A stretch of 55,163 nt of DNA from an uncultured Bacillota bacterium (lineage in GTDB: Bacteria; Bacillota; Clostridia; Christensenellales; Borkfalkiaceae). Position 1 is the stretch's first letter. Each line of letters begins with the position of its first letter. Below the pieces are notes generated by a model. It worked only from the letters and a program-made list of their open reading frames with translations, had not been told where the DNA came from and ran no database searches. Made by a program: the position numbers and the translations under genes. Positions 37,901 to 48,500 of this stretch are shown one piece after another. The DNA lies in assembly GCA_949282395.1 (NCBI GenBank), contig CASDPE010000001.1, positions 1 through 55,163 of the forward strand, given 5' to 3'.

Positions 37901-38045
37901 AGCCCATTTCTTTTAATCGGTCGATTTGCCACAACAGTTCTTCTTCCCTTAAATCGGTGTTCCACGCCCAAAAAGGCGCACCGCGGTATTTTGCGGGCGG
38001 ATTTGCAAAGAGTTCATCTACCGCTTTTTGGTTTTTATTTTCCAT
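34983..38045 (-). CDS. GH106-like glycoside hydrolase
   Basis: PFWAWN..GFGGFFMH.RSG..YLYDEDRWPSG, IFTDEP, TGHYMEE, PGIDML, SEEYG; ATG 38045 preferred. Confidence 0.72.
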   Translation of the reverse strand: MENKNQKAVDELFANPPAKYRGAPFWAWNTDLREEELLWQIDRLKEMGFGGFFMHTRSGMSTEYLGEEFMRLVRVCNRRARENGMFSYLYDEDRWPSGAAGGYVTQYKEFRQKMIVLSRSDPDKMMREHQSDERDPEFLAAYDILFDGHGKIKTYQVISKQEETLGEKWYAYALLAEKSGIFNGFTYLDTMNGDAVEKFIEVTHEAYKRELGEEFGKSVPAIFTDEPSYYVMSFKASARDGKDAIYPWTQAFRSSFEQRFGYDIVAHMPEVVWDKSDDKPNTDRYRFFMHATELFAQNFSDRIGKWCHKNSIAFTGHYMEEPWLYTQMRAIGEAMRHYREFDIPGIDMLCNRKEFTTAKQAQSIAHQYGRNKMMSEEYGVTGWDYDFRGHKFQGDWQAALGVTLRVPHLSWVSMRGSAKRDYPASISYQSSWFKEYGYIEDHFARLNTALMRGKPLVNVAVMHPIESAWLIGGVREYTAAGMETLDSQFANVTEWLLRGQIDFDFFCESLLPELYRSSRNGFCVGKMQYKAVLIPPIKTIRSSTLAALNEFADCGGKVLVCGDCPIYVDGLNSNEAQVLWLKAKKIGFSQSEILDALNAEREIAVFGKGGERRNDLIYCLRCDGENRWLFIAHCDDMTRMDGNDCAYDELRITVKGIFTPTLYNTLDGTIQNAEYIHENGDTVIFAPCYPLDSFLYLLTPSQERSKKRAQTTQTKAVEQSIFVPNFVPFVRSEPNVLVLDMPEWSRDGECFMPREEILRIDRIVRSQLGYPAADGCDVQPWRLSTIVPSEFVWLRYTIESEITAPCMLGYEYADSVLFNGKDIPVSKDGWYVDKEIYTMRLPMLVKGKNELIVRVPISARISMENLFLLGDFGIETLGEHTKITELPSVLTFDALCKQGMPFYGANITYKIPFVCDAGDLTVVADYYIGALISARLDGIEIGKIVSPPYKLQIENVKRGEHLLELTLYGTRGNTFGALHLTTPKNWKGPDMWYSGNNMWSYEYCLHDMGIMKKPELTLKK

Positions 38046-38148
38046 AGTTTTATAATTCCCTTTCACTTTATACATTAGTTGCGGGCACATCGCCGCATTG
38101 CGATGTACCCGCAAGTCCTTCTTGTTTCAATAAGTTTGATACAGAATG

Positions 38149-39423
38149 TTACTCTTCCTGCGGTGTTGAATACCAGTATAGCCCGGATGTATCCGCATTT
38201 TCGCCGTAGAACCATTTGTAAATCGTTTCGGTATACGGCTTCGGCTTACCCTTATTGATGGGATCGCCCGGTGCATAGAACAAACCAAAATGATCTTCAT
38301 AATCGCTGATTGGCGTAGTATAGCAGTCGGTCATACGGAACAAGAACAGCGTTTCCACGAATTTTAACCTGCTTTTTGTTATGTCTAATAAATCCTTATA
38401 TAGCGCGTCTATACGATCTTGGTCATAGCCAAAACGATCTTCACTGAATCCTGTTTCCGTTATCCATACCTTTTTATCTCCATCGCCATGGTCTTTCATT
38501 ACATTATACAATGTTTCACAAGTATCTGCCGCGGCCTCGACCGTTGAACTCGGGTACGGATGCCATGCACAAATCTGAAAATAATTCCAAGTATTTGTAT
38601 CCGAATATTCTTCTCCCGTAGGAATTTTTTTGGATTCAATCCATTGATATGTTTCTTCCAAATAAGTAGCCGTAGTTGGAGACATTGTCATGCCGGGAAA
38701 TACTGTTACATTCTTTTTATCTACTTTTTGTAAACCTCTATTTGCATACCAGCATAAATCAGCAGTAATTCTTGCAGCTTCGCTTGAAGTAAAAACATTA
38801 GAACTTCCCGCTGTCCAACCGATCGGGTGTAAAAATGTTCCGTCAACCATATCGAATTCGTTACCAGGTTCCCAATAGGTAATTTCTGGAAATTCGGTAG
38901 CAAGTAACTCGTAACATTTTTCATAGAGTTTTAAAAATCGAATATACATGTCACGATCATCTATAGGATGCGGTACGCACTGTACATCGGAATTAGGGCA
39001 TCCTACCGGATATATAAAGGAGTGATTCATGACAAGAATACGCTCAACACCGGCTGCTTTCAGTTTTGCAAAATAATCATGGTACAGATCAGCGGTACCC
39101 TGCAAAATGCTTATCTCGTCCGAGTCAGGGGCTCTGCGAATAATATTGTGCAAATGCATCCATACGCGCATGCTTTTTACCCCGAGTGCCTTAACGTTCC
39201 CTATAATAAAATCATTATCGACTTCTACATCTACACCGCCGTTTATATCCGATGACAATTCACACAACCCAAATAAATATTTATCTTGATCAATAGTTAA
39301 TACATCCGTGGTTGTTGGAATTTTCTCCCTATTGTTTGTTTGACGTGTTGAATTGCAACCACTCAAGCACCCTACAAACAGACAACTTAATGCCAATAAG
39401 ATTGTTATAAACTTTCTTTTCAT
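38149..39423 (-). CDS. Clan GH-A (GH39/GH5-like) endo-glycosidase lipoprotein
   Basis: LSGC lipobox; WEPGNEFD acid/base, WHPY, VWITETG nucleophile, HFGLF. Confidence 0.75.
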   Translation of the reverse strand: MKRKFITILLALSCLFVGCLSGCNSTRQTNNREKIPTTTDVLTIDQDKYLFGLCELSSDINGGVDVEVDNDFIIGNVKALGVKSMRVWMHLHNIIRRAPDSDEISILQGTADLYHDYFAKLKAAGVERILVMNHSFIYPVGCPNSDVQCVPHPIDDRDMYIRFLKLYEKCYELLATEFPEITYWEPGNEFDMVDGTFLHPIGWTAGSSNVFTSSEAARITADLCWYANRGLQKVDKKNVTVFPGMTMSPTTATYLEETYQWIESKKIPTGEEYSDTNTWNYFQICAWHPYPSSTVEAAADTCETLYNVMKDHGDGDKKVWITETGFSEDRFGYDQDRIDALYKDLLDITKSRLKFVETLFLFRMTDCYTTPISDYEDHFGLFYAPGDPINKGKPKPYTETIYKWFYGENADTSGLYWYSTPQEE

Positions 39424-42086
39424 TTTCCTGTCCTCTTTCTTCTACGACATACCACGACAATAACCAATGCGGCTATCACAAGTATAAGGCTTGCGACAGA
39501 GATGCTTACAGCTTTCACAACACTACCGCATCCCGTCTCTCCCGATTGATTTTCTTCTCCGAGCTCAGGTTTTACTATATCTATATCATCAATAAGGTCA
39601 GGATCATAGTCTTGTGTTGCAATCTCAATCTCGGCATCTAACGAGTATACGCTTACTGCTTCAAGTAAAATCGCCGAGCCGTCACCCGACGAAAAAATTA
39701 ATTCGCCACGATCGATATTTTTAGGCAACTCAAATTCTGCAACAAATTCAGTTATAAGTTTTATTGGTTCGTTTGAGGCAGCCCATCCAACAAAAAGACG
39801 ATTATTTTGTACCCGTATGCACAAGATGCCTGACTCTCCGCGCAACATATCCTCTGTTCGAGTGTCAGAGTAAATCTCCTTAATTCCCTTTCCGTGTACT
39901 CTTCCTTCCGACACTGTAATGCCACATCCGTTTGGCAACATGACATCAAGCCTGCCGTTTACCACCGGCTTTACTTTTACATACATAATAAATTCGTCAA
40001 AGCTATCTTTCGTCGTAGCCGCAGCTCCGCCGGAAAGCAACAAACTTTCTCCTATCTCTTGCACATCGGCATTTTTCGTTAAATCTTGCACGGAATTCGT
40101 GTTTTCCGCATTAATATTGGTTACGGCAAAACTACCTATACGGAAAGATGCGCCATTGTGCCCCGCAACAGCCATATAACCTTCCGTGTCATTATATGTG
40201 AATAACCCGCGTAAAACGCTCATCTCGGAAGCAGGGGCGTCGCTCGGCGCAAAATAAACTTCTATCTCGCCTTCGATTACCACGATCATGACATTGTAAG
40301 ATATTAAATCATTTTCCGAGTCCCGGTTATTCCAAAACGAGATTTCGCCCGTAGACGCTTCTCCAGACACACCGCCGCCCCCCGCAATTTCCATACCTTG
40401 CGTTTTTTTGGTAAATACAAGATACGGGGTATCCCAAGCAGCGCCTGAAACAATTTTCCGTCCGAAAGAAAACAGAATTGCCGTATCGTTTTTAGCTGTA
40501 TCATCAGTAACAGTTATAGAGAACCGACAAATAAATTCGCTATATTTTTGTTTTGGTCCGAACAACGTATTTACATCGCTTTCAGAAAATTGCACGAAGT
40601 TTCTTTCTTCGCCTACTTTATATAGCGGACTCGTACACCCCTTCATCAACCACTTGTTTTCGTTCACATAGTATTGATACAATGTTTCACCTGATTCTTC
40701 ATACGTTCGCACTCCTTTAAAATTAATTGCTTGATCTTGTGCATCCGGTATTGAATCATACGAATAACTTTGCATATACGCGTTGTCGAATACTACATAG
40801 CCTGCTTGGGTTTCCGCCTCTCCGATATGTTTTGTGCCGACTTTAAATACACCGGCAAAATCGCCGCCTTTCAGCTCATACACGGTATCATCTACTGTAA
40901 TTTTTATTTTACCATCGTGATACCCCTCAAACACAATTGTAACATTGCCGCTATCCGATATACTATTAGACGCAGTCGTTTCAGTAACTTTTCCACTCGC
41001 TACCGTAACAGCCCGATATTCCCCCTGACCTGTTTTTTCCAATCCTGCAAAAAATTCCCCGTTCCCAAACTCCATACCGAAAACAGTAGCATCGGAAATA
41101 TCCGACAGCCCCGCTTCCACCGAAAACATAAACTGTTTGTCTACCCGTACATCACGCGTAATACTTCTCGAATTAGTTATACTGCCGTCTTCTTTTCCCG
41201 TAACAATTTTTACATTCGCCGTGGGACCCAAAGCAAGCATCGATGAATCGAAATATGTTACCGCCCACTTCGCGTTCGGGACGTTTACGTTATCAAACAT
41301 AAACGCACTTTGCGTAAAATTGTCTTCGAACACTTTTTTACCGTTTTCCTGCACCGCAAAATTAGTAACAGTCATTTTAACGTTACCCATGGAAGAAAAA
41401 CCATAGTAACCGTCGCACTCTAAATTATCATACGTTGCTTGCGGAGTTGACGGGCAATTTTCACCGGCCTCATACATATATAGGTCGAGTTTATACATTG
41501 TAGCACCATCGCTCTCGCGAGGTTCATCTTTCTTTGTCAACACATAACGTATTGAAGCTTTACTGAATTCCCAAGGCGAAACATCAAATTTAGCATAGTC
41601 GTCCATCGTTGTATCGGAAGGGCCGCCGCTGGTACCTTTTTTATCATCCATAAGACGTGTAACGTCCGAAAAGAACCAAGTTCCGACATCTCCATATTCC
41701 ATAGAACTATTATATCGAGGCAATCCGAATACAAACGCAATCCAGCCTCCGCCGCTCACTTGAAGATCGAACGAAATCTCGGTATCTCCGGTAATTTTAT
41801 GCGACATGGGACTGATACAAGCCCCCCATCTACCATTGTTTCCATCGTAGCGCAACGAATATTCGCCGGTCTGTAATTCGGCGTTCACAGGATCCTTCCA
41901 CAGTTCCGAAAACGTACTTCCGTCAAAATCCTCGGAAAAAATATCCGTTTGCACCTCGGCCGCGTTTGCTTTTTGACTTGCTGAAAAAAGGCATACGCTT
42001 AACGCCAACATCATTGCAAGACATAACGCAATCAAACCGAATACTGAAAATCTCTTTATAGTATTAATTCGAGAAATATTTTTCAT
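39420..42086 (-). CDS. Secreted beta-rich protein with a C-terminal membrane anchor
   Basis: Signal peptide (..ANA-AE), repeated FSEDF/FEDNF beta-sandwich starts, and a GCGS-TM-RRRKR tail. Confidence 0.7.
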   Translation of the reverse strand: MKNISRINTIKRFSVFGLIALCLAMMLALSVCLFSASQKANAAEVQTDIFSEDFDGSTFSELWKDPVNAELQTGEYSLRYDGNNGRWGACISPMSHKITGDTEISFDLQVSGGGWIAFVFGLPRYNSSMEYGDVGTWFFSDVTRLMDDKKGTSGGPSDTTMDDYAKFDVSPWEFSKASIRYVLTKKDEPRESDGATMYKLDLYMYEAGENCPSTPQATYDNLECDGYYGFSSMGNVKMTVTNFAVQENGKKVFEDNFTQSAFMFDNVNVPNAKWAVTYFDSSMLALGPTANVKIVTGKEDGSITNSRSITRDVRVDKQFMFSVEAGLSDISDATVFGMEFGNGEFFAGLEKTGQGEYRAVTVASGKVTETTASNSISDSGNVTIVFEGYHDGKIKITVDDTVYELKGGDFAGVFKVGTKHIGEAETQAGYVVFDNAYMQSYSYDSIPDAQDQAINFKGVRTYEESGETLYQYYVNENKWLMKGCTSPLYKVGEERNFVQFSESDVNTLFGPKQKYSEFICRFSITVTDDTAKNDTAILFSFGRKIVSGAAWDTPYLVFTKKTQGMEIAGGGGVSGEASTGEISFWNNRDSENDLISYNVMIVVIEGEIEVYFAPSDAPASEMSVLRGLFTYNDTEGYMAVAGHNGASFRIGSFAVTNINAENTNSVQDLTKNADVQEIGESLLLSGGAAATTKDSFDEFIMYVKVKPVVNGRLDVMLPNGCGITVSEGRVHGKGIKEIYSDTRTEDMLRGESGILCIRVQNNRLFVGWAASNEPIKLITEFVAEFELPKNIDRGELIFSSGDGSAILLEAVSVYSLDAEIEIATQDYDPDLIDDIDIVKPELGEENQSGETGCGSVVKAVSISVASLILVIAALVIVVVCRRRKRTGK

Positions 42087-42098
42087 GCTTTACCCCTC

Positions 42099-43049
42099 TT
42101 AAAACTGTACGTCAGGCGTAAATTTTTTTACAAGCAAACGTACTGCAATGATAATCGGTAACATGAGTACCGAAAGAGTCATTCCGATTGTCGCAGCCTG
42201 TATCATATTACCGGAACCGCCCGTATCAACACTTGCAAAGATATACCACCCTACCGTCATAAACTTATTATCTATGCCCGGATTTATAGCAATAAGCATT
42301 GGCTGCATGGTAAAACTTAATACGCTCGTAAATACATTGATAAAAAATACCCCCATTGTGGGCATTACGAGCGGTAACACGATTGACCATGCCTCTCTAA
42401 AAAATCCGATTCCGTCTAATCGAGCAGCTTCGATAATATCCTCGGGAGTGCGTTGCATAGCACCGCATAAAACCACGGTATTACCGCCTAATCCTGCCCA
42501 AATACAAAACATGGTGATTATGGTCCACATTTTATCGGAGTCGAATCCAAGCCAATTGGTGGGATGCCCTGTAATTTTTTCAATAAACAAAGCTATCGGC
42601 CCGAAATCCGAACTGAACATATGCCGGACCATCATGCAAAGAACCACCAAAGAAATGATATTCGGCAAGAAAAATACTACCTGAAAAAATTTACGAAAAC
42701 GTATTTTTTTATAGAAACTGTATGCAATGACAAAAGACACGGGGAGTATTATAATGTTAATCAATATCGCACGAAAACTATTGATAAAAGCATTAAATTC
42801 ACCAGGATCGCCGCCTAAAATCATGGATTTAAAAACCGAAATATAGCCGTCGAAACCGCGCCATACATACGATGCCGTTGGCACGTCAAATCGCTTAAAC
42901 GTAAGTAATATCGTATCAAAATTTACATACACCCAAAAAATAGCAAAATTAATTACAGGAATGATGATAAGTGACGCGATAAAAATATACTTACGTGCCG
43001 TACGATTAATCTTAAATCTTTTCTTCTTCGAGGAAATTTCCGTATCCAT
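42099..43049 (-). CDS. Carbohydrate ABC transporter permease
   Basis: PEDIIEAARLDG EAA motif; AGGTGA favours ATG 43049. Confidence 0.9.
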   Translation of the reverse strand: MDTEISSKKKRFKINRTARKYIFIASLIIIPVINFAIFWVYVNFDTILLTFKRFDVPTASYVWRGFDGYISVFKSMILGGDPGEFNAFINSFRAILINIIILPVSFVIAYSFYKKIRFRKFFQVVFFLPNIISLVVLCMMVRHMFSSDFGPIALFIEKITGHPTNWLGFDSDKMWTIITMFCIWAGLGGNTVVLCGAMQRTPEDIIEAARLDGIGFFREAWSIVLPLVMPTMGVFFINVFTSVLSFTMQPMLIAINPGIDNKFMTVGWYIFASVDTGGSGNMIQAATIGMTLSVLMLPIIIAVRLLVKKFTPDVQF

Positions 43050-43058
43050 GCGGCTCAC

Positions 43059-44621
43059 CTATTCTATACCGAGTTCTGTTTTCCAAGTATTAAAATATTT
43101 TTTTGTAACCGAATATACGTTATTAGGGTTGTCCTCGCCGACCATGATCTCCTCTCCCGTCATCGTGCGCATATCGTTAATTACAGAAGCAGTGGTCGTT
43201 CTGCCGAACATGGTAGGGCGTTTATAGAGATATATGGGAGAAATCTCGTCCAGTTTTTTATTTGCCGGATAATTGGAAAGAAGAATATCCGATTCAAAAT
43301 ATAAATCGAGATAACTTTTTGTATACGTGTCCCACTCGTAATCAGGCAACAATTCAAGCGGATTGTAATCAAACGGGCGCATTGTTCCCGTTCTTTTTGT
43401 AAAATCCAACAGCATTTCTTCGCTGCACAAATAAATGAGGAATTCTTTGGCCAAATCCTTATTTACGGCACCGGAAGGAATAAAAATTGTTTCATCGTTC
43501 ATAGAGTAATTGATATTCGCAGTTGTACCGTCTTCATTTTTCATCGCCTTGGTTCCGTCATCAAAAAGCGGCATACTCATCATTTTGAAAACATATTCGT
43601 CATTAGTAACGTACTGTTGCATCTCTCTGTAACTGAACGAGCCTGCAAGCACAAGCGCACTTTCGCCGCGAGCGAAAATCTTTTCGGCTTCTTGTACACT
43701 ATGCTCAGTAATATTGTCAACGGTATTCTTCCAGTCGCCCTTTTCATCTATAATAAGAGTACGCCATTGGTCGATGGCTTTTTGGATTCCGACTTGTTTC
43801 CATACTTCTGCGCTTTCAAAGTTATAAAAGTCGTAGTAGGAGCCATCACCCTCCTTTACTGTCTGCAAATTCTCTTCGTAAACACCTTGGTATTGCGCCC
43901 ACCAAACCGACATAAAGTATTCAAGCCAGTGCATACCGTCTGCAAAAGGAAGTGAAAACGGTTTAATTCCGTCATTTCGTGCAAGTATGTCGCTACAATA
44001 TGCAACAAGTTCGTTTACCGTTTGGGGTGGCTGCGTCCAGTATTCTCCAATCTTAAAATCCCCCCCTACCGGTTGTACAGTATGCTTTGTAGATAGCAAT
44101 ATGGTTTCATTATAAGCAAAAGATATTACGGGACTCGCCCAAGGCAACATCCACGGATAATGCGAACCTTGCCCGTAAATGCGCTGCGAATAATTCTTTT
44201 TCATAACGTCCGGATCAAGATAATCTTTGATTTTCCGCTTGCCGGAAGAAGTGTCTACCTCGGCTTCATACACAGATTCTAGATTTTCGATATACCCGAG
44301 AGATACCCATTCCACCCAAGCGGTAGAACCTTGCGTCATATAAATATCGGCAAGATTTTGTCCGGATTTCAGATACGTATATACCTGATTGGTAATTGTA
44401 GAGTCAGGAATCAGTTTATACTGAAATCCCGGGTTTTCTTCCTGATATTTTTTTGCTGCGTATTCAAGCCATTCCGTACCGTATCCGCCTTCAAAATATT
44501 GAATCGTGAGAACACCCTTTTGCGTTCTGCCTGTCGTTGCGCACCCTGTCACACTCATTACTACCGAAAAAGACAGTATTACAGCAAGAACAGCGGACAA
44601 TAATTTTTTGATTTTTGACAT
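43059..44621 (-). CDS. Carbohydrate ABC transporter solute-binding lipoprotein
   Basis: VTGC lipobox, GGYGTEWL, FARGESAL; homologous to 20366..21970; start MSKIKK at 44621. Confidence 0.88.
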   Translation of the reverse strand: MSKIKKLLSAVLAVILSFSVVMSVTGCATTGRTQKGVLTIQYFEGGYGTEWLEYAAKKYQEENPGFQYKLIPDSTITNQVYTYLKSGQNLADIYMTQGSTAWVEWVSLGYIENLESVYEAEVDTSSGKRKIKDYLDPDVMKKNYSQRIYGQGSHYPWMLPWASPVISFAYNETILLSTKHTVQPVGGDFKIGEYWTQPPQTVNELVAYCSDILARNDGIKPFSLPFADGMHWLEYFMSVWWAQYQGVYEENLQTVKEGDGSYYDFYNFESAEVWKQVGIQKAIDQWRTLIIDEKGDWKNTVDNITEHSVQEAEKIFARGESALVLAGSFSYREMQQYVTNDEYVFKMMSMPLFDDGTKAMKNEDGTTANINYSMNDETIFIPSGAVNKDLAKEFLIYLCSEEMLLDFTKRTGTMRPFDYNPLELLPDYEWDTYTKSYLDLYFESDILLSNYPANKKLDEISPIYLYKRPTMFGRTTTASVINDMRTMTGEEIMVGEDNPNNVYSVTKKYFNTWKTELGIE

Positions 44622-44661
44622 ATTTATTACCACCTTATATATTTTTTGAAAAGTATATTTT

Positions 44662-45558
44662 TTATTCTTTGATGCCGCCACCCATACTGAAACTCATAAT
44701 TTTCTTTTGGAACGCCGCAAATAGCGCTATAACCGGAATAATAGTTATAATCATGGCTGCAAAAAGTTTGGGATAGTCACCAGAAAACTCAGAAAATCCT
44801 AGGGAAACTTTCAAAGAAATGTCATAAATTCCCACAGATAGAGTTTGATGCGACGGTAAATAAAGATATGGCGTCATATAGTCGTTCCAAATACCGATAA
44901 ATCCGAGTAACCATTGTGCGCCAAATACCGCAGAAAGTTGCGGAAAATATATTTGTAAAAATATGCGCCAATTTCCTGCACCGTCAATTTCGGCTGCCTC
45001 GTGATATGTTCGCGAAACAGTTTGGAATACACTACTGAACAACAAAAAAGGAAAACCGAAACCGTTTGTAGCAGTCAAAAGTATTCCCGGTATACTATCG
45101 TATATGCCGAGTTTTACGTACAAGTTGTATTGTGAAGGTAAGGTCCCCGTAATATTTACCAACATGGGAATCATAGCCACCCAGTACAATATCTGTTTGC
45201 CTTTAAAATCATGCATGGCATACGCATAGGCAGTACATGCGCAAAAAAACAAATTAATTAACGGCATGGCAACCGATAAAAGCACGGAATTTAAGAACAT
45301 GGAGCCCAAATTGAATTCCGAAAAAATCTTACCGTAATTAGCCAAAGAATTAATAAGCTCGGTTGGAATTGCCCAAGGATTTACCGAAAACTCAATCTTG
45401 TTTTTTAAGGAATTATATATAAGCCACAAAAATGGAAAAATTAGCGTTGCAGCATATAAACAAAATATTACGCACAGTACGGCAAGAATTACGCGGTGTT
45501 CCCGAGGTTTCTTTTTGCCTCCCTCGCAAGGTTTACTATCGGTTAATGAATTATTCAT
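44662..45558 (-). CDS. Carbohydrate ABC transporter permease
   Basis: YHEAAEIDGAG and WNDY; C-terminus GGGIKE parallels GGLKE of 22020. Confidence 0.9.
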   Translation of the reverse strand: MNNSLTDSKPCEGGKKKPREHRVILAVLCVIFCLYAATLIFPFLWLIYNSLKNKIEFSVNPWAIPTELINSLANYGKIFSEFNLGSMFLNSVLLSVAMPLINLFFCACTAYAYAMHDFKGKQILYWVAMIPMLVNITGTLPSQYNLYVKLGIYDSIPGILLTATNGFGFPFLLFSSVFQTVSRTYHEAAEIDGAGNWRIFLQIYFPQLSAVFGAQWLLGFIGIWNDYMTPYLYLPSHQTLSVGIYDISLKVSLGFSEFSGDYPKLFAAMIITIIPVIALFAAFQKKIMSFSMGGGIKE

Positions 45559-45575
45559 TGTTTTTTCTCCGCGCG

Positions 45576-48500
45576 TTAAACTTCACTTACCTGAGTCTGA
45601 AGCGATATGTCCGACAATTGAATATTCACGGCTTGCCCGCAATCACCTTTTGAGGCAAGAATCAACGCAAAATTTTCAATATCTTCCGTAACCTCTATCT
45701 GCAATTGAACGGTTTTCGAATTTGACACATGCGTAACTTCCGCCGCATTTTCGCTTATCAATCCGATAGTTCCGTCATACGTAATTTTTCCGTTCACGCA
45801 AGTTCCGCTGTAAACAATTCCCGAAAACCAATAGTTACCCGTCATATCTACCGCCTCGATCTTCAGTTCCAACAAGTATGTGCCGGCTTTAACTGTTCCG
45901 AAACAAAGCGCAATCTCCGACCAATTCGTAGGTGTTACCACCTGCAATGCGTTATCTTCTTGCGATACCGCCGCACTTGTCGCAGCTTTCGTAACTACCA
46001 TACTACCGTCTTTTCCTACAACGGTAATACCCGAACCATAGTTATCTATACTGTAATTGTAAATAGCGGCGCCGTCGAAATTCATCTGCTTTGTAAGATC
46101 TTCTCTTTCAAAAGCAAACGACTCCAAAATAATGGTAAACGACTTATTCTCCGTTTCCCATGTTTCCAGCATCAACCCGAAATCCGTTTGAGCGGAGGCA
46201 ATATCAATATACATGGTATATGTTCCGTCAGTCGTGGAATTTCCGCTTCCGCTGTATAAACAGAAACCGGGCTCGTGGATATTTCCGTAAGGACTTTCGC
46301 CCTTTTTATATGCCTGATCGCTAAAGGTTGTTTGCCATCCCGCTTCCCAATTGAGAGCATATAGATACCCCTTAAAGCAATCCCACGTTAAGTCGCCGCC
46401 GAGTTCAACAGTTAACCGGTATCGCCCCGCCTCTACGTTGCCAAGATAGAAGAATACGGACGCACCACCCGCAGGCACGTAATTTTTTGTGAGCGTCAAT
46501 TTATTTTCATTTACCGATATATTCATATTAAAAGTACGAAGATATACGTTTGTACGCTCTATATCAAAGAAATCGCCGTGCTGTGTCGGATTTACCGCAT
46601 ATCGATAATCCTCGTCTTTATTACCTGAAAAATCAACGACTTGCAATTTAAACTCTTTCGTTGCGCCTGTAACGGTTTCAGTTACTGTAAGAGTTACATC
46701 GCCCACCCCAATAGCAATAAGCTTTCCGTTTTCCACTTTTACGATGTTCTCAGCGCTGTATGTATATTCAAACACGCTATCATCGCTAAAATTTTGCGGT
46801 TCAAACTTATATTCTTTGTCTTTGACGAGAATTCTGTCCTCATACATATCGTGTTCTACGATTACTTCACCGAGTTCTATCGTAATATTCAAGCTCTTAT
46901 CAAACTCGGCGCCACTTGCTGACACAACGTGCAATTTAAGCGTTACGTTACCTGCCGATACCGCAACCAATTTACCGCTTTCAATACGGGCTGTCCCCGT
47001 TCCGTTTTCAACGCTCCACTCGGCGATATAATTTTCGCCTTTCGTCGCTCCTTCGGCATACGTTACGGTTTCGGCAAGATCGACTTTATCTCCCGTTTGC
47101 ATCTTGTTGTCCGTCAGAGTCACGTTCATTTCCACGCCTGTAACGACAGGCAATTTTTCAAATTTAAATGCGTCCAAATAGAAGGTATATCCCATCGGTA
47201 CGCCGCCGCAAAGCTCTATACCGAAATTGTTTATATCTTCTGTAATCGTTATCGTGTACGTGTAAGTATTTCCTTGTTTTACACAATTCGCATCAAATAT
47301 ATTGCCATACGGCGTTGTTCCGCGACGGCTATATGCTTCTGCACTAAACGTGGTTTCATAATTTGCATTCCACGTTATCGGATATATATAGCCTTGGAAC
47401 TTATTCCAATTGCCTATATCGCTACCATGCAATGTAAACGATACCGCATAAGTACCTTTCTTTACGTCACCAAGCATAAACAACACTGAACCTGCCCACG
47501 TCGTTTGATAATCTTGCGCAAGTTTCAACGTCTTTCCGCTGTTGTAATCCTCTACCGCAGCGGTCATATTAAACGTTCTGAGATATACGTTAGTACGCTC
47601 TACGTCGTAAATGCAAGTGCCGCTTTCCACGCGGTTCTTCGCGTTTGTTGCATCTGCATAGTTCGCGTCTTCCCAACCGCCGTACTCTTTGACCTTTATC
47701 GATATTTCTTTCTTTGCGCCCGTAACGGTTTCGGTTACTGTTACCGTTACGTCGCCGGCTTTAAGTGCCGTGAGTTTGCCGTTTTCTACTTTTACTATTC
47801 CGTCTGCACTGTACGAATATTCGAATACGCTTTCATCCGTAAACTTTTCGGGAATAAAGCTATATTCTTCGCCTTTCACAAGTAAGCCGTCATCATACAT
47901 ATCCGTTTCAATAGATATTTCGCCTACTTCTACCGTAACGGTAAGAGTTTTTTGGAATGTCTTTCCGTCCGCGCAAACTACGTTAAGTTCAATAGTTACG
48001 CTTCCGGGCGCTACGGCAGTCAGCGTTCCGTCTTCCGCTATACGAACCGTTCCCTCGCCGCTCGTTTTCCACTCTGCCGTATATTCTTGTCCTTTGCTTG
48101 CTCCGCCTTCGTATGTTACGCTTACATTCAGATTTGCTTGTTCGCCCGTCTTTATCGTAGTTTTCAAATCCGTCTGTATTTCTACGCCAGTTACGGCGGG
48201 TAACTTCTCAAACTTGAATGCATCAAGATATATTGTATAATCAACTGTTGTTGCGCCACAAAGCTCTATGCCGAAATTCTTTATATCCTCCTGAATCGTT
48301 ATAGTGTAAGTGTACGTATTCCCATTCTTTACGCCTTGATAAATATCACCATACGGAGCCTTTCCCCGTACATATGCCTTGTCGCTAAATGTAGTTTCAT
48401 AATTTTCATTCCATATAATAGGATATATCTGTCCTTGGAACTTTCCCCATTCCCCTATATCATCGCCATGCAATGTAAATGAAACCGAATATGTCCCTTT

